This document shows positions 20,602 to 30,861 of a stretch of DNA of 64,000 bases, one piece after another (position 1 is the stretch's first letter; the number at the start of each line of letters is the position of its first letter). The notes below the pieces were generated by a model, which saw nothing but the letters and a program-made list of their open reading frames with translations, had not been told where the DNA came from and made no database searches. The stretch lies in contig CAVYSE010000001.1 in NCBI GenBank assembly GCA_963771075.1, forward strand, positions 64,001-128,000, in the 5' to 3' direction. The DNA comes from a candidate division FCPU426 bacterium (GTDB lineage Bacteria; Oederibacteriota; Muellerivitia; Muellerivitales; Muellerivitaceae). The position numbers and the translations under genes were made by a program.

Positions 20602-21783
20602 TCAGGGGATCACGCCGTATTTTTTGCCGACTTTGCGGAAAGAATCCAATACATGGCTAAGCTGACCGTCCGTATGGGTGGCGGTATAGGAGGTGCGGAT
20701 CAAGGTTTGCTCTGGCGGGACGGCGGGAGAGACGACCGGGGTGGCGAATACCCCCATTTCGCCTAATTCCTTGGTCATGGCGAATGTTTTCATGTTGTCA
20801 CCCACCATCAGGGGGATGATGGCCGAATTGGTGTTGAGCGTGTTCCAGCCCATGGTTTGGAACTCGGAGCGCATGCGCTTGATTATTTCCCAGAGGCGTT
20901 TCTGCCGATCCGGTTCGCGTTTGATAATTTCCAGGCTTTTCAGCACTGCGGCAGTGTCGGCGGGGGAGAGGCTGGCGGTGAAGATGAGGGGCCTGCTGTT
21001 ATGCCGTAAATAGTCGATCACCTTGTGGGTGGAGGCAATGAAACCGCCGATGGAGACGAAGGATTTGGAGAAGGTCCCCATGACCATATCCACTTCCTTT
21101 TGAACGCCAAAGTGGGGGCCGGTTCCATCCCCCTGCGGTCCCAACACCCCGATGGAATGGGCCTCATCGACCATGAGGCGGGCGCCGTATTTTTTCTTCA
21201 ATTCAACGATTTTAGGCAGGCGGCAAACATCCCCCCCCATGGAGAAAACTCCATCCGTCACAATGAGCTTGGGAACATCGGGATGATTGGAAAGAACCCT
21301 TTCCAGGTCGGCCATATCGTTGTGGAGATACTTTACCGTTTTGGCGTAGGAAAGTTTTTGACCATCCACGATCGAGGCGTGGTTATCCCGGTCGGAGATG
21401 ATGTAGTCCCCGCGGGTGGCGATGGTGGAGAGGGCGCCCAAATTGGCCAGAAAACCGGTGGAATAGACCAGGGATTCTTCCATGTGGACGAAATCAGCCA
21501 GCTTTTCTTCCAGCTCTACCCGGATATCCAATGTCCCGTTCAAGAAAGGGGAGCCGGTACAGGCGGAACCATATTTACGGATGGCTTGAACCATGGCTTC
21601 CAGCACCTCAGGATGGGTGACGAGTCCCAAGTAATTGTTGGAACCCACCATGATCATTTTTTTACCCCCAATGGTGACTTCCGTGCCCATTTGGGAGGTA
21701 TTGGGGCGGAAGTAGGGATAAAGGCCCGCTTTTCGAACGTCATCCGCCGCGGTCCAATTATTCGCCTTGTCAAAAATGTCCAT
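20602..21783 (-). CDS. spt: Alpha-oxoamine synthase, likely serine palmitoyltransferase
   Basis: GLYPYFR, GSNNYLGL, GS.FLNGT, NHASIVDG, VDEAHSIG, PLP-lysine motif GTFSKS; gene context. Confidence 0.75.
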   Translation of the reverse strand: MDIFDKANNWTAADDVRKAGLYPYFRPNTSQMGTEVTIGGKKMIMVGSNNYLGLVTHPEVLEAMVQAIRKYGSACTGSPFLNGTLDIRVELEEKLADFVHMEESLVYSTGFLANLGALSTIATRGDYIISDRDNHASIVDGQKLSYAKTVKYLHNDMADLERVLSNHPDVPKLIVTDGVFSMGGDVCRLPKIVELKKKYGARLMVDEAHSIGVLGPQGDGTGPHFGVQKEVDMVMGTFSKSFVSIGGFIASTHKVIDYLRHNSRPLIFTASLSPADTAAVLKSLEIIKREPDRQKRLWEIIKRMRSEFQTMGWNTLNTNSAIIPLMVGDNMKTFAMTKELGEMGVFATPVVSPAVPPEQTLIRTSYTATHTDGQLSHVLDSFRKVGKKYGVIP

Positions 21784-21979
21784 GGGTCCTCTTGGTTTCA
21801 GGATGGTTTTAAAATGTTACGGCTAGACTTTTCCGGCTTACCCGGCGGGAGCGGGTCTTAAACCGTTCGGAGGGCTTTTTTTCGCGTAAATAAAATACGA
21901 AAGGTTGTTGCCAGAAGCGGGTGCATTATAATGTTGCCCGATTACCAGTTCAAACTTTTCCCTTCATTACAGGAAACCC

Positions 21980-22972
21980 ATGAAATTTCTTTCGCCCGTA
22001 TTGGTCACAGGCGGTAGCGGATTTGTCGGAAGCCATTTGGCGGAAAAACTGGCCCAAAACCGTGTGCAGGTGAATCTGTTGGTGCGAAAGACAAGCAAAA
22101 TACCCTTTAACATTGGACCGCGAATAAAGGTGTTCTATGGCGATGTGACGGACCGCGACTCGGTGAAGGCGGCGGCCCAGGGCGTGAAGGCCATCTATCA
22201 TCTTGCTGGAATCCTACGTGGGTCCAGTTTGCAAAAACTCAATGAGGTCAACGCCGAGGGAACCCGAAATGTTTGCGAGACGGCGTTGGGAGTGAAAACG
22301 CTCAAGCGATTGGTTTACGTCAGCTCTTTGTCCGCCGCCGGACCCAGCCGGGATGGAAGGCCTTTAAAGGAGAACTTGCCTTGCCAACCTGTTTCGCTTT
22401 ATGGGTTAACCAAATTAAAAGGCGAGGAAATTGCGATAACCTACAACCGAAAGGTTCCATTAACGATCCTAAGGCCAGGCGCGGTCTACGGACCTCGTGA
22501 AACGGACATTTTGGCTTATTTTAAGATGGTGCGGGATGGATGGGTTTTTCTCCCCAGTTTGCGGCAGGAGGTAAGCTTCGTCTATGTCGCGGATTTAGTG
22601 GATGCGATTCTTTTGGCCGGTCAATCGCCCAAGGCGGTCGGTCAAACCTATTATGTTTCCGATGGCGCGGCCTACAGCTGGCAGGATTTGACCCAAAAGA
22701 TCGGCAGATCCTTGAATCGGAACTTTCGAACGATATCGGTACCCATGCCGGTGGTGAAAGGAATCGCTTATTTGGGCGAAATAGCAGAGAAAATCACCGG
22801 TAAAGCCACCATGCTCAATGTCGATAAGGTTAAAGAGGCGTTTTATTCCCATTGGATATGCGATAACGGAAAAATCCGTTCCCATTTGGGGTTTAAACCC
22901 CTTTGGCACTTGGAACAAGGCGTCCGGGAATCAGCGGCCTCTTACATGAGTGCAGGTTGGATCAAAAATTGA
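21980..22972 (+). CDS. NAD-dependent epimerase/dehydratase (possible ceramide reductase)
   Basis: VTGGSGFVG, HLAG, VSSLSA, YGLTK, LRPGAVYGP; divergent from spt. Confidence 0.85.
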   Translation: MKFLSPVLVTGGSGFVGSHLAEKLAQNRVQVNLLVRKTSKIPFNIGPRIKVFYGDVTDRDSVKAAAQGVKAIYHLAGILRGSSLQKLNEVNAEGTRNVCETALGVKTLKRLVYVSSLSAAGPSRDGRPLKENLPCQPVSLYGLTKLKGEEIAITYNRKVPLTILRPGAVYGPRETDILAYFKMVRDGWVFLPSLRQEVSFVYVADLVDAILLAGQSPKAVGQTYYVSDGAAYSWQDLTQKIGRSLNRNFRTISVPMPVVKGIAYLGEIAEKITGKATMLNVDKVKEAFYSHWICDNGKIRSHLGFKPLWHLEQGVRESAASYMSAGWIKN

Positions 22973-23008
22973 TACATTCTAGGGGTTCAAAACAAACGGA
23001 GGGGTTAT

Positions 23009-24094
23009 ATGAATAAATTTCTGAAGGGGTTCATCCTGTTGGCGTTTTTATCCTTGTCCGGTATGCCGGGACGAGGCTGGGCCCAGGATTCTCCCACCGA
23101 CTCCGTCCTGCCCAAGGATCATTTACTGGAAAATCTGCCCTGGCTTTCGGACGAGGGCAAACTGGAAAGCAAGGGGTTGTTCGATTTTGAGGATGTCCGG
23201 GGATTGAACCAAAGGGACCTCATCCTGATCTACCGGCAAGCCGTGCCGGTGGGTGATCTGGATAAGCCGCATAGCCAAACCTTGGCAGTTTGTTTTTACG
23301 ATCCAACCCAGAAAAAATATGTTAAGAATTTTACTGACGACGGGGGACCGGTTTTGTGGGTAAAGGTATTCTCGGATAACCAAAAAAAGCATATGTTCCT
23401 GGTTTATCAAAGGGATGACCTGAAAGGAAATCAGGTGCTTCGAGCCTATACTTATGTTGGCGGCAGTTTAAAATCGGTGCTGGAAGTCATGTCTCCGCAA
23501 CTCTATGCCGCCGTCAATTCCAATGATCCGAACGGCGAAATTTTGTGTTCATCAAAAGAGACTCCCAAAGACCGTACTGCAGCTGAACATGACTTTGATT
23601 GGGACGAAACTCAATCCCAGTTCGTGGACCAGATGGTGGTCCAAACCGCGGGGAATTGGGGCGGAAGCTCGCTTCGCATCGCGACACCGGTTCCCACGGC
23701 GGTTCCCGCGATCGCTGTTGCGCCCGCCCCTACGAAAGCGGCGGAATCGGCCCCTGTGGTGGCTTCCAAAAAACAGGGAAAGGGCTGGTGGGATGAGCCT
23801 TTGGACGCGCAGGCTTCCCTTTTAAAATTAAAGACCGTTATCGTTCCCGATCGAATCGGGAATAACAAGATCGCGCAATTGGGGCAGGAAGCCGCCGCTT
23901 TCTTCCAGACGGTGCATCAGAGCGGCATTATTGGTAAGGACTTCGCCTCGATGCGTTCGACTTATTACGCGGCCGTGGCTCAGGCTTTACTGGATAAGGG
24001 ATCAAGCAAGGATGCGGCTTTCTATTTGAAAACAGCCCTGACCTTTCAAAGTGATAACCCTGACGCTTTGGCGGTCAAGGAAAAACTGAAATAA
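23009..24094 (+). CDS. Hypothetical exported protein with C-terminal TPR-like helices
   Basis: GGAGG RBS; signal peptide ending GWA; Ala/Pro linker. Confidence 0.7.
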   Translation: MNKFLKGFILLAFLSLSGMPGRGWAQDSPTDSVLPKDHLLENLPWLSDEGKLESKGLFDFEDVRGLNQRDLILIYRQAVPVGDLDKPHSQTLAVCFYDPTQKKYVKNFTDDGGPVLWVKVFSDNQKKHMFLVYQRDDLKGNQVLRAYTYVGGSLKSVLEVMSPQLYAAVNSNDPNGEILCSSKETPKDRTAAEHDFDWDETQSQFVDQMVVQTAGNWGGSSLRIATPVPTAVPAIAVAPAPTKAAESAPVVASKKQGKGWWDEPLDAQASLLKLKTVIVPDRIGNNKIAQLGQEAAAFFQTVHQSGIIGKDFASMRSTYYAAVAQALLDKGSSKDAAFYLKTALTFQSDNPDALAVKEKLK

Positions 24095-24150
24095 GACCTG
24101 TGAAACAAGGTTTAATATTTAATGTGTAAGGGTTGAAGCGAAAGAAATAG

Positions 24151-24183
24151 AAAAGCCGCAAACCAAGCGGTTTGCGGCTTTTT
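24151..24183. terminator. Bidirectional intrinsic terminator
   Basis: AAAAGCCGCAAACC-AAGC-GGTTTGCGGCTTTT between the CDS and the convergent tRNA. Confidence 0.85.
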
Positions 24184-24189
24184 AATGGG

Positions 24190-24272
24190 TGGTGCCCGAG
24201 GCGGGACTCGAACCCGCACGGTCGCCCATACGCACCTCAAGCGTACGTGTCTGCCAATTCCACCACTCGGGC
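24190..24272 (-). tRNA. tRNA-Leu (anticodon GAG)
   Basis: Reverse complement GCCCGAGTGGTGGAATTGGCAGACACG-TACGC-TTGAGGT-GCGTA...GGTTCGAGTCCCGCCTCGGGCACCA; encoded CCA. Confidence 0.97.
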
Positions 24273-24314
24273 CAGCGTGAAAAGACCAATGTTTGCGGTC
24301 TTGTGAGGAAGCGT

Positions 24315-24342
24315 ATTATACTTTTTGAACTCCGATTGTCAA
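24315..24342 (-). promoter_or_regulatory. Consensus sigma70 promoter for tRNA-Leu
   Basis: TTGACA-16 nt-TATAAT on the minus strand. Confidence 0.8.
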
Positions 24343-24374
24343 ACCAACCTGTAAGTCCGGATTAAGGCTCTCGA

Positions 24375-26435
24375 TTGATTGCAACGCTTTTTTCCTTCCT
24401 GTTTTTGGCTCTTTCCCTTTTAGGGACCGAATTTTACCTTTTGCATCCTTCATTTCGCATGTTGGAAGACACCCTTTGGAATCCCCCGCTCGCAGGAGAA
24501 ATATGGATCCAAAGATTACCCGCACTTTTTTTAATAATCCCGGTTTGGATGGGATTGGCAGGTTGGGCGCAGGTTATTGAACAACTTTTCCTGAGCCGCA
24601 TGGATTTAAGGTTGCGCCCCCCATTTGCCTGTTCAGCGGTTCTTTGTTTATTTTCCTGTTACAGCTTTGGTTTGGCGATCAATGGAGTTTTGTATTCATG
24701 GGCAGCGGGTGCTTTCTTTTTGCCTTTTATGCTGCAGGGATTCGCTGAAATTCAATCATTCATAAGAAAAATTAAGATGTCGCCCGTGAACCCATGGTTT
24801 ATAGGGGGAGGGGTTTTGGTTCTATTGGTTTGGGCCGCCGAGTTTTTATCACCTCCTTTGATATGGGACGCGGTATTGGATCATTTCCGGTTCGCCGGGG
24901 AAGTCGCCCGGCAACACTTGATTCCTTACCACTGGACCAATCACACGGGGGATATGCCGAAATTCGCTGAAATAACATGGGCTGGATTTTGGGTGATGGG
25001 CGGGGAATTCATGTCGAAAGCCTCATTGGCCATTTCGGCAGGCTTAACCCTTTGGATATTGAAGGCATACGCCAATTATAAGGGTTACTTCGGCTGGATC
25101 GGTCCACTCTTGTTCTTGACCTGTCCCGTTTTTTTAGCCTTATTCGCCTGGGGATATGTGGAGGGGCATCTTGCCCTTTTTGAATTATTGGCTCTGATTG
25201 CGTTTTTGGAATTCATGGAAGGTAAGACCCCAGGCCCATGGCTTGGATTAACCGCGTTTTTTCTGGGAGCGGCCTTGGCCACGAAATACACGGCTCTATG
25301 GATGTTTCCCGGCTTTCTCGTTTTGGGTTTGTTTTCAATGAAAGAGAAACGTAAGAAGCTTCCGATTTGGACGGGTTTAATACTTTTCGCTTTTTGTTCG
25401 TTGCCTTGGTATTTGCGTAACGAGTTGGCAAATGGAAATCCCCTTTATCCCCTCTTTACGAATTTATTGGGAGGCCCTCCGGGATTCGATCGCGGGATGG
25501 AAAACGCGCTTTGGGCAGATACGGGAAGGGAAGAGGGTTTGAACCTCATTAGCGGGTTTGCCCTTCACGCGAAAGCCTTTTTTACGGTCCACAATGGCAT
25601 CGGGGCTTGTTGGACGCCCTTGGCGGGTATGGCCTTGCCTTGGTTATTCACGAACACCAAAGAAAAGACGATTCAACGGATGGCCGTTTTTTGCGTGATT
25701 TACTTTGGAGTTTGGGGAATTTTTTGCACAAACCTAAGGCATGCCTCGGGTGGATGCTTGATTTTATTAATGATGGGATCATTTCTTTGGGAAAAAACTT
25801 TGGAAAGCCCGAAAAAGCGGGCGGGGTTTCTATTTATCCCGGCCCTCATATTTTCTTTCCTTTTAACATTTTGGGCGCAAATACAAACAACCGCACCTTA
25901 CGCGGCCGCACTCGGGATGGAAGACCCTTTGTTTCGGCTAAAACGGAATTATTCCTTTGAGATGAGCACCTATTCCGCTTACAAAGCCATTGAGCAGAAT
26001 TCCGATACCCAAGACCGGGTCCTGGCTTTCGGCGTTTACCAAACCTATCCTTTGCGCCGTACGGCTTATGTTGATTTTTTTTGGAAAAAACCGATTCTGT
26101 TGAAATGGGCGGAACAAGCTAAAACCGATGATGATCTCGCCCGGAAACTGCGAGAAGAAGGTATTGAGTTCATCCTATACCAAAGGGAAGAAGCGGTCAT
26201 GATGTCGCGGAAAGAGAAGGACTTTATTTTGACCGGAATGCCGGAGGATCAATATGTGGAATTCTGGCGGCGTTACGCGGACCCGGTCGGAAGTTTTGGA
26301 AATTGCACGTTATATCAAATCCGAAAGTCCCCATCGGCGAAAATTTTCCCTTTGAAGGAATTGCCCGGACTTCAAGAGAATTTACTTTGGGACAAGGAAC
26401 ATCACGCGACAAACAGTCCTCTCGATTTGAAATAG
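24375..26435 (+). CDS. Polytopic membrane glycosyltransferase (GT-C, ArnT/PMT-like)
   Basis: Many TM segments; PPLIWDAVLDH, ALATKYTA, PWYLRN...GNPLYP motifs. Confidence 0.75.
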   Translation: MIATLFSFLFLALSLLGTEFYLLHPSFRMLEDTLWNPPLAGEIWIQRLPALFLIIPVWMGLAGWAQVIEQLFLSRMDLRLRPPFACSAVLCLFSCYSFGLAINGVLYSWAAGAFFLPFMLQGFAEIQSFIRKIKMSPVNPWFIGGGVLVLLVWAAEFLSPPLIWDAVLDHFRFAGEVARQHLIPYHWTNHTGDMPKFAEITWAGFWVMGGEFMSKASLAISAGLTLWILKAYANYKGYFGWIGPLLFLTCPVFLALFAWGYVEGHLALFELLALIAFLEFMEGKTPGPWLGLTAFFLGAALATKYTALWMFPGFLVLGLFSMKEKRKKLPIWTGLILFAFCSLPWYLRNELANGNPLYPLFTNLLGGPPGFDRGMENALWADTGREEGLNLISGFALHAKAFFTVHNGIGACWTPLAGMALPWLFTNTKEKTIQRMAVFCVIYFGVWGIFCTNLRHASGGCLILLMMGSFLWEKTLESPKKRAGFLFIPALIFSFLLTFWAQIQTTAPYAAALGMEDPLFRLKRNYSFEMSTYSAYKAIEQNSDTQDRVLAFGVYQTYPLRRTAYVDFFWKKPILLKWAEQAKTDDDLARKLREEGIEFILYQREEAVMMSRKEKDFILTGMPEDQYVEFWRRYADPVGSFGNCTLYQIRKSPSAKIFPLKELPGLQENLLWDKEHHATNSPLDLK

Positions 26436-26566
26436 CACAAAGGGATGAGGAAGTTTTTTATCGTCTGGGATGGGAACCTAAGGCTGGGAAGGGTTTTTGG
26501 GGTGGATGGTCAATTTCTTTTTTTAAACTAGAAATTTTTTCCGAAAAGCGTTTCGCCCGGAGCGCC

Positions 26567-27889
26567 TTACTTTTGACAGTATTGGAGCGGGTCAGGCCTG
26601 AGCACACATTCGGTGGCGATTCTCAGGTTTTTTATTTTTCCAACATGTCTTAGTTCGTAAAGACGAGGAACCACTAGATCCCGTAAAGCAACCGGCGACA
26701 GGGGGTTGACGTAGATTTTGGTCCCGCCCTCAAACCCAGCCTGATTCACGGTCCGCCATTTAATGAGGATATGCCATGGCATGACATCCACCGCGTCCCG
26801 GGGTGAATAGTACCATTCTTCGTTGCATGGAATTTGATTTCCCATGGCGGCATGGCAGGCATGCACCAAATCAGAAAAACCTCGCAACTCTTCGGGTGCG
26901 TGTTCCTCCGGCCGGGCGTTCTTAGATTTGGAATAGATCGCCAAAGTGGGATAGCGGTGCCCTAATTCCGCCAAGGCGATGGCATGGTCATTTTCAGCGA
27001 ACACAAGATTGTGCTTAACCGAAAAATTGATGATTGCCTCATTATAAATGTTAGGGAATTCTCGGGCTATTTCCACCTCGGCTTGAATCGAGGTCCCCCA
27101 TTCATCCAACCCCACCAATTGTTTATGGAGGTGATCCAAGGAAGCACCGGCGGGTTGAAGCCAGTTCTGAAATATCGTGACATAACGGATAAAGGGATTG
27201 TGTTGGTAAATGTCGATCAGGGCATCAATGGTGAATTGCATGAATAAATAATGGTCCTCATCGGTCATTTCTCCGGATGAGTAATACTCGTTGTCGACGG
27301 CCGCGCCTGGCCTGAAATGGCGTCCGGCGATCACCAATTCATGCGCCCCCCCAAAAAAAGATTCGGACAGCTTTCGAATTTCATCGGCCGTCAATGACTC
27401 GGTTGCTTCAATCGATTTACCCTGGAGACGTAGTTTCGTTTGAATGATATTGCGGACATGATCCCAACCTCTGGGATTATCCAAGTAATTCTGCATCCAT
27501 TGGGATTGGGCTGGCGAAAGTTTAAACCCGTGGTTTTTGACCCAGTAATCAATCGTGACGATCTCAAAAAGATTGGCGACCCTGCGAAAGACGGCTTTGG
27601 TGGCGTCAATCATATCGGGGTTGACCTTGTCGAGCCGTTGAAAATGTCCATCCCAATTTTGGATGAGTCTGGATTTCTCCGGTGGGGTCTGGAAATATTC
27701 GGAAACGCAAAAATCGCAATAATTTTCCTTGGCTTGGGATTCTAATGGCTTGGGAGTTTTATGGGATCGATTGGTCAGGGGCCGGTATGCACGATCCGGA
27801 ACGGTCCAGACCTCCGTGCCGGTCAGGGGATTAATATGCTTTAACGTCCCATCGGTCATGGTCAGGTATAAATTTTGAAATTTGCGCAT
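26567..27889 (-). CDS. DUF4921 family, GalT/HIT-like nucleotidyltransferase
   Basis: DGTLKHINPLTGTEVWTVP.RA.RP; FQNWLQPAGASLDHLHKQ (HxHxQ). Confidence 0.8.
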   Translation of the reverse strand: MRKFQNLYLTMTDGTLKHINPLTGTEVWTVPDRAYRPLTNRSHKTPKPLESQAKENYCDFCVSEYFQTPPEKSRLIQNWDGHFQRLDKVNPDMIDATKAVFRRVANLFEIVTIDYWVKNHGFKLSPAQSQWMQNYLDNPRGWDHVRNIIQTKLRLQGKSIEATESLTADEIRKLSESFFGGAHELVIAGRHFRPGAAVDNEYYSSGEMTDEDHYLFMQFTIDALIDIYQHNPFIRYVTIFQNWLQPAGASLDHLHKQLVGLDEWGTSIQAEVEIAREFPNIYNEAIINFSVKHNLVFAENDHAIALAELGHRYPTLAIYSKSKNARPEEHAPEELRGFSDLVHACHAAMGNQIPCNEEWYYSPRDAVDVMPWHILIKWRTVNQAGFEGGTKIYVNPLSPVALRDLVVPRLYELRHVGKIKNLRIATECVLRPDPLQYCQK

Positions 27890-28027
27890 GGCTTCTTCTT
27901 TGCATCCATTGGCATAAGAAAAATGCTATATTGAATTGTAATGAAATCCGTACTTTGAAGCAATGCGACAAATGGCTTCTCAGACGCGAGGAAATTTGAA
28001 CGGGCATAAACCTTTGCGGGGGTTCCT

Positions 28028-28798
28028 TTGAAATTCTTGTGCCTTTCCGATTACCAAGGGGCGGCCCAGTATCTTCCGCTCCTTCCCCTGTTGGTTCAAA
28101 ACGAGGAACCGGACCTGATTTTCTATTGCGGGGGTTCTATGCGTGGGGAAATTCGCTTGGCGGAATATGAGAACGCCAGGCGGTTCCACAGCAAGCCGGA
28201 TTTGGATTCACCCGTCATTCACAAAGAGGTTCAGGAAGATAGTATCCACCTTCAACAGCTGCTTTTGGCTTTGGCTGATTCACAAAAAACCGTTTATGAA
28301 ATACCCGGGTTGGAGGATGCGCCCGAGTCATTATATTTCAAGACTATTTATAATCTTTCGAACATCTATCCAAATTTACAACCCGCCCATGAAATGCTCC
28401 ACCACGCCGAATCCTTTTCGGTCGCCGGGTTTGGAGGGGAAATCACCATCAGTGAAGACCAACGCGAACTCACTCTGCAATATTCTAAACCCTGGGCAGA
28501 ATTCGCCCTTCGCCGAATGGAATTCTTTCCCGGGGAAAAAATTCTGCTTTTTCATTCACCCCCCGTTTGCCGTTTGGATCAATCCGATGGGGAACATTGC
28601 GGGATTTTATTGGTGAATGAAATCATTGAGACGGTTTCACCCGCTCTCGTGGTTTGCGGACGCGCCAAGTCCGGTCAGGGAGTCGTGAAAATGGGCAAGT
28701 CAACGGTGGTCAATCCCGGCCCGCTATTTCGGGGTCATTACGCGATTATTGATTACCCCTCCATGGATATCCGTTTTGGAAATTTAGAAGACCTCTAG
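28028..28798 (+). CDS. Metallophosphoesterase-fold protein (Icc-like) with degenerate metal ligands
   Basis: MKFLCLSD, PDLIFYCG, HSPP, VVCG, VVNPG fold pattern. Confidence 0.7.
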   Translation: MKFLCLSDYQGAAQYLPLLPLLVQNEEPDLIFYCGGSMRGEIRLAEYENARRFHSKPDLDSPVIHKEVQEDSIHLQQLLLALADSQKTVYEIPGLEDAPESLYFKTIYNLSNIYPNLQPAHEMLHHAESFSVAGFGGEITISEDQRELTLQYSKPWAEFALRRMEFFPGEKILLFHSPPVCRLDQSDGEHCGILLVNEIIETVSPALVVCGRAKSGQGVVKMGKSTVVNPGPLFRGHYAIIDYPSMDIRFGNLEDL

Positions 28799-28824
28799 AC
28801 AACGCCTTAATCCCAAGGACTTGC

Positions 28825-29802
28825 TTGATACCGGTTTTAGAAATCAAAAATTTACATATTCACCTTTTGGATGAGGATGGCCGAGTGAGGGGCCATATCC
28901 TTCGTGGCCTAGATATCAACGTTTTTCCCGGAGAAAAGGTCGCCATGGTGGGTGAATCAGGCAGCGGAAAGAGCGTAACCTCTTTGGCGGCGATTAATTT
29001 ACTGCCCTCGCGAAAGATGAAAATAACCCAAGGTACCATTCTGCTAAACGGGAAAGACTTGACCCGGCTTGAGGGTAAACAATGGGGAGATATTCGAGGG
29101 AAGCTGATTTCCATCATTTTTCAAGACCCTTTGGCGGCCCTCAATCCGCTTATGACCGTGGGCGATCAAGTTCGGGAAGCCTTAAGTTTGCTCGATGAAG
29201 ATCGAAATGATTCAGAAAATATTTATGGAAAGGTGATCCGACTTTTTTCCGAAATGGGATTGCCTGATGCCGAAAGGATATGCGGCTTGTTTCCCCATCA
29301 ACTTTCTGGTGGAATGTGCCAGCGAGTGTGTATCGCGATGGCATTGGTTTCTTCTCCCCAACTATTGATTGCGGATGAACCCACAACAGCTTTGGATGTG
29401 ACGGTTCAAAGCCAAATTTTGAAGATCCTGGATCAGGAGATGGCGAATCGAAAATTCACCTTGCTCTTTATTACCCATAATATTCGGATGATGGAATGGT
29501 TTAGTGATCGGATAGCGGTGGTTTATGGGGGTCAAGTGGTGGAGATCGGAAAAACTTCGGATGTGTTTAAGAGGCCAAACCATCCATATACCGCGAGTCT
29601 TCTGTCTTCTTTGGGAGTGGATGAGAAAATGATCAATGACCGTAAACGCATTTATGGCTCAACACCCAGACCTGAAGAAAAGATTACAGGGTGTGTTTAT
29701 TTTGATCGTTGCTCAAGAGCCAAACCCGAGTGTTCTTCCAAGTCTCCGGGATGGTCAAAAATAGAAAAAGGAAATTCAGTCCGGTGCTTTTATCCATTGT
29801 AA
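28825..29802 (+). CDS. oppD: Oligopeptide/dipeptide ABC transporter ATP-binding protein
   Basis: [35 protein letters not shown]-terminal Cys cluster. Confidence 0.88.
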   Translation: MIPVLEIKNLHIHLLDEDGRVRGHILRGLDINVFPGEKVAMVGESGSGKSVTSLAAINLLPSRKMKITQGTILLNGKDLTRLEGKQWGDIRGKLISIIFQDPLAALNPLMTVGDQVREALSLLDEDRNDSENIYGKVIRLFSEMGLPDAERICGLFPHQLSGGMCQRVCIAMALVSSPQLLIADEPTTALDVTVQSQILKILDQEMANRKFTLLFITHNIRMMEWFSDRIAVVYGGQVVEIGKTSDVFKRPNHPYTASLLSSLGVDEKMINDRKRIYGSTPRPEEKITGCVYFDRCSRAKPECSSKSPGWSKIEKGNSVRCFYPL

Positions 29803-30728
29803 ACATTAGTCATCTTTTTCCGGCCAAAAGGTCCTTGTGGGGAAAGCCGGAAACTTATGTCCGTGCGCTCACGGATATTTCGTTAGAAATAGCCAATGGC
29901 GATATCCTTGGACTTGTCGGCGAGTCGGGGTGTGGAAAGAGTACCTTAGGCCGCTGTGCGGTGGGTCTAATTCGGCCTTCCCAAGGGGATATTTATTGGG
30001 ATGGAGGAAAGCTGGATAAAAGCAGTTCTTCCAATGAGAAACAATCCCGCATGAATTACCAAATGGTTTTTCAAAATCCATATGCGTCTTTAAACCCGCG
30101 CCAAAAAGTGAAGTCGATGTTTCTGGAAGCATTGACGATGCGAGCGGGAAATTCCGGATTGGGAAACGAAGAAGAAACCATTAAAGAATTAGTGGAGCAA
30201 GTGGGTTTATCCCGGAATGATTTAATGAAATATCCCCACCAATTTTCGGGAGGCCAAAGGCAGAGGCTGGCTTTGGCCCGGGTATTGGCATTAAACCCTA
30301 AACTAATCGTATTGGATGAGGCGCTTTCAAGCTTGGATATTACGTTGCAGGCCGCAATGATCAGTTTGTTAAAAGAAATCAATGAAACAAAACAAATTAG
30401 TTATTTGTTCATTTCACACGATTTGAAACTGGTTGGCCAATTAAGTCGTCGGCTGTTCGTGATGTACTTGGGGCATGTGGTGGAGTCTGGCCCTACGGAT
30501 AAAATATTGGGAAATCCTCGGCATCCTTATACCCAAATTCTATTAGCTTCAAGCGAGGGAAGGACGATACCCTTGCATGGGGATCCTCCTAGCCCGACCC
30601 AGATACAAAAGGGATGCCCCTTTAACTCACGCTGTCCGGTCGTCGAGGAGAAGTGTCGGAACGAGGTTCAAACGCTCAAAAACATAAACAGAAATTGGCA
30701 GGTTTCCTGCTGGAAAGCCTCTAATTGA
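29784..30728 (+). CDS. oppF: Oligopeptide/dipeptide ABC transporter ATP-binding protein
   Basis: GESGCGKS, VFQNPYASLNP, PHQFSGGQRQR, HPYT, GCPFNSRCP. Confidence 0.88.
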   Translation: MLLSIVNISHLFPAKRSLWGKPETYVRALTDISLEIANGDILGLVGESGCGKSTLGRCAVGLIRPSQGDIYWDGGKLDKSSSSNEKQSRMNYQMVFQNPYASLNPRQKVKSMFLEALTMRAGNSGLGNEEETIKELVEQVGLSRNDLMKYPHQFSGGQRQRLALARVLALNPKLIVLDEALSSLDITLQAAMISLLKEINETKQISYLFISHDLKLVGQLSRRLFVMYLGHVVESGPTDKILGNPRHPYTQILLASSEGRTIPLHGDPPSPTQIQKGCPFNSRCPVVEEKCRNEVQTLKNINRNWQVSCWKASN

Positions 30729-30861
30729 AAGGTATTTACTCGTACTGGTTTTATTTATTAAAAGTGATAGAATGATAATCAATCTCAATTAGGCCTGCCC
30801 GTCCAATTTCTCCAAACGAACCTTAAATTATTTTTATCATCGTCCATTAGGGGAGCAAACC

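Noticed and set aside
20602..21783. Annotation as bioF or kbl
   Set aside because: No biotin or threonine-dehydrogenase genes are adjacent. Sequence signatures and the GNAT/reductase neighbours favour SPT, although this is not proven.
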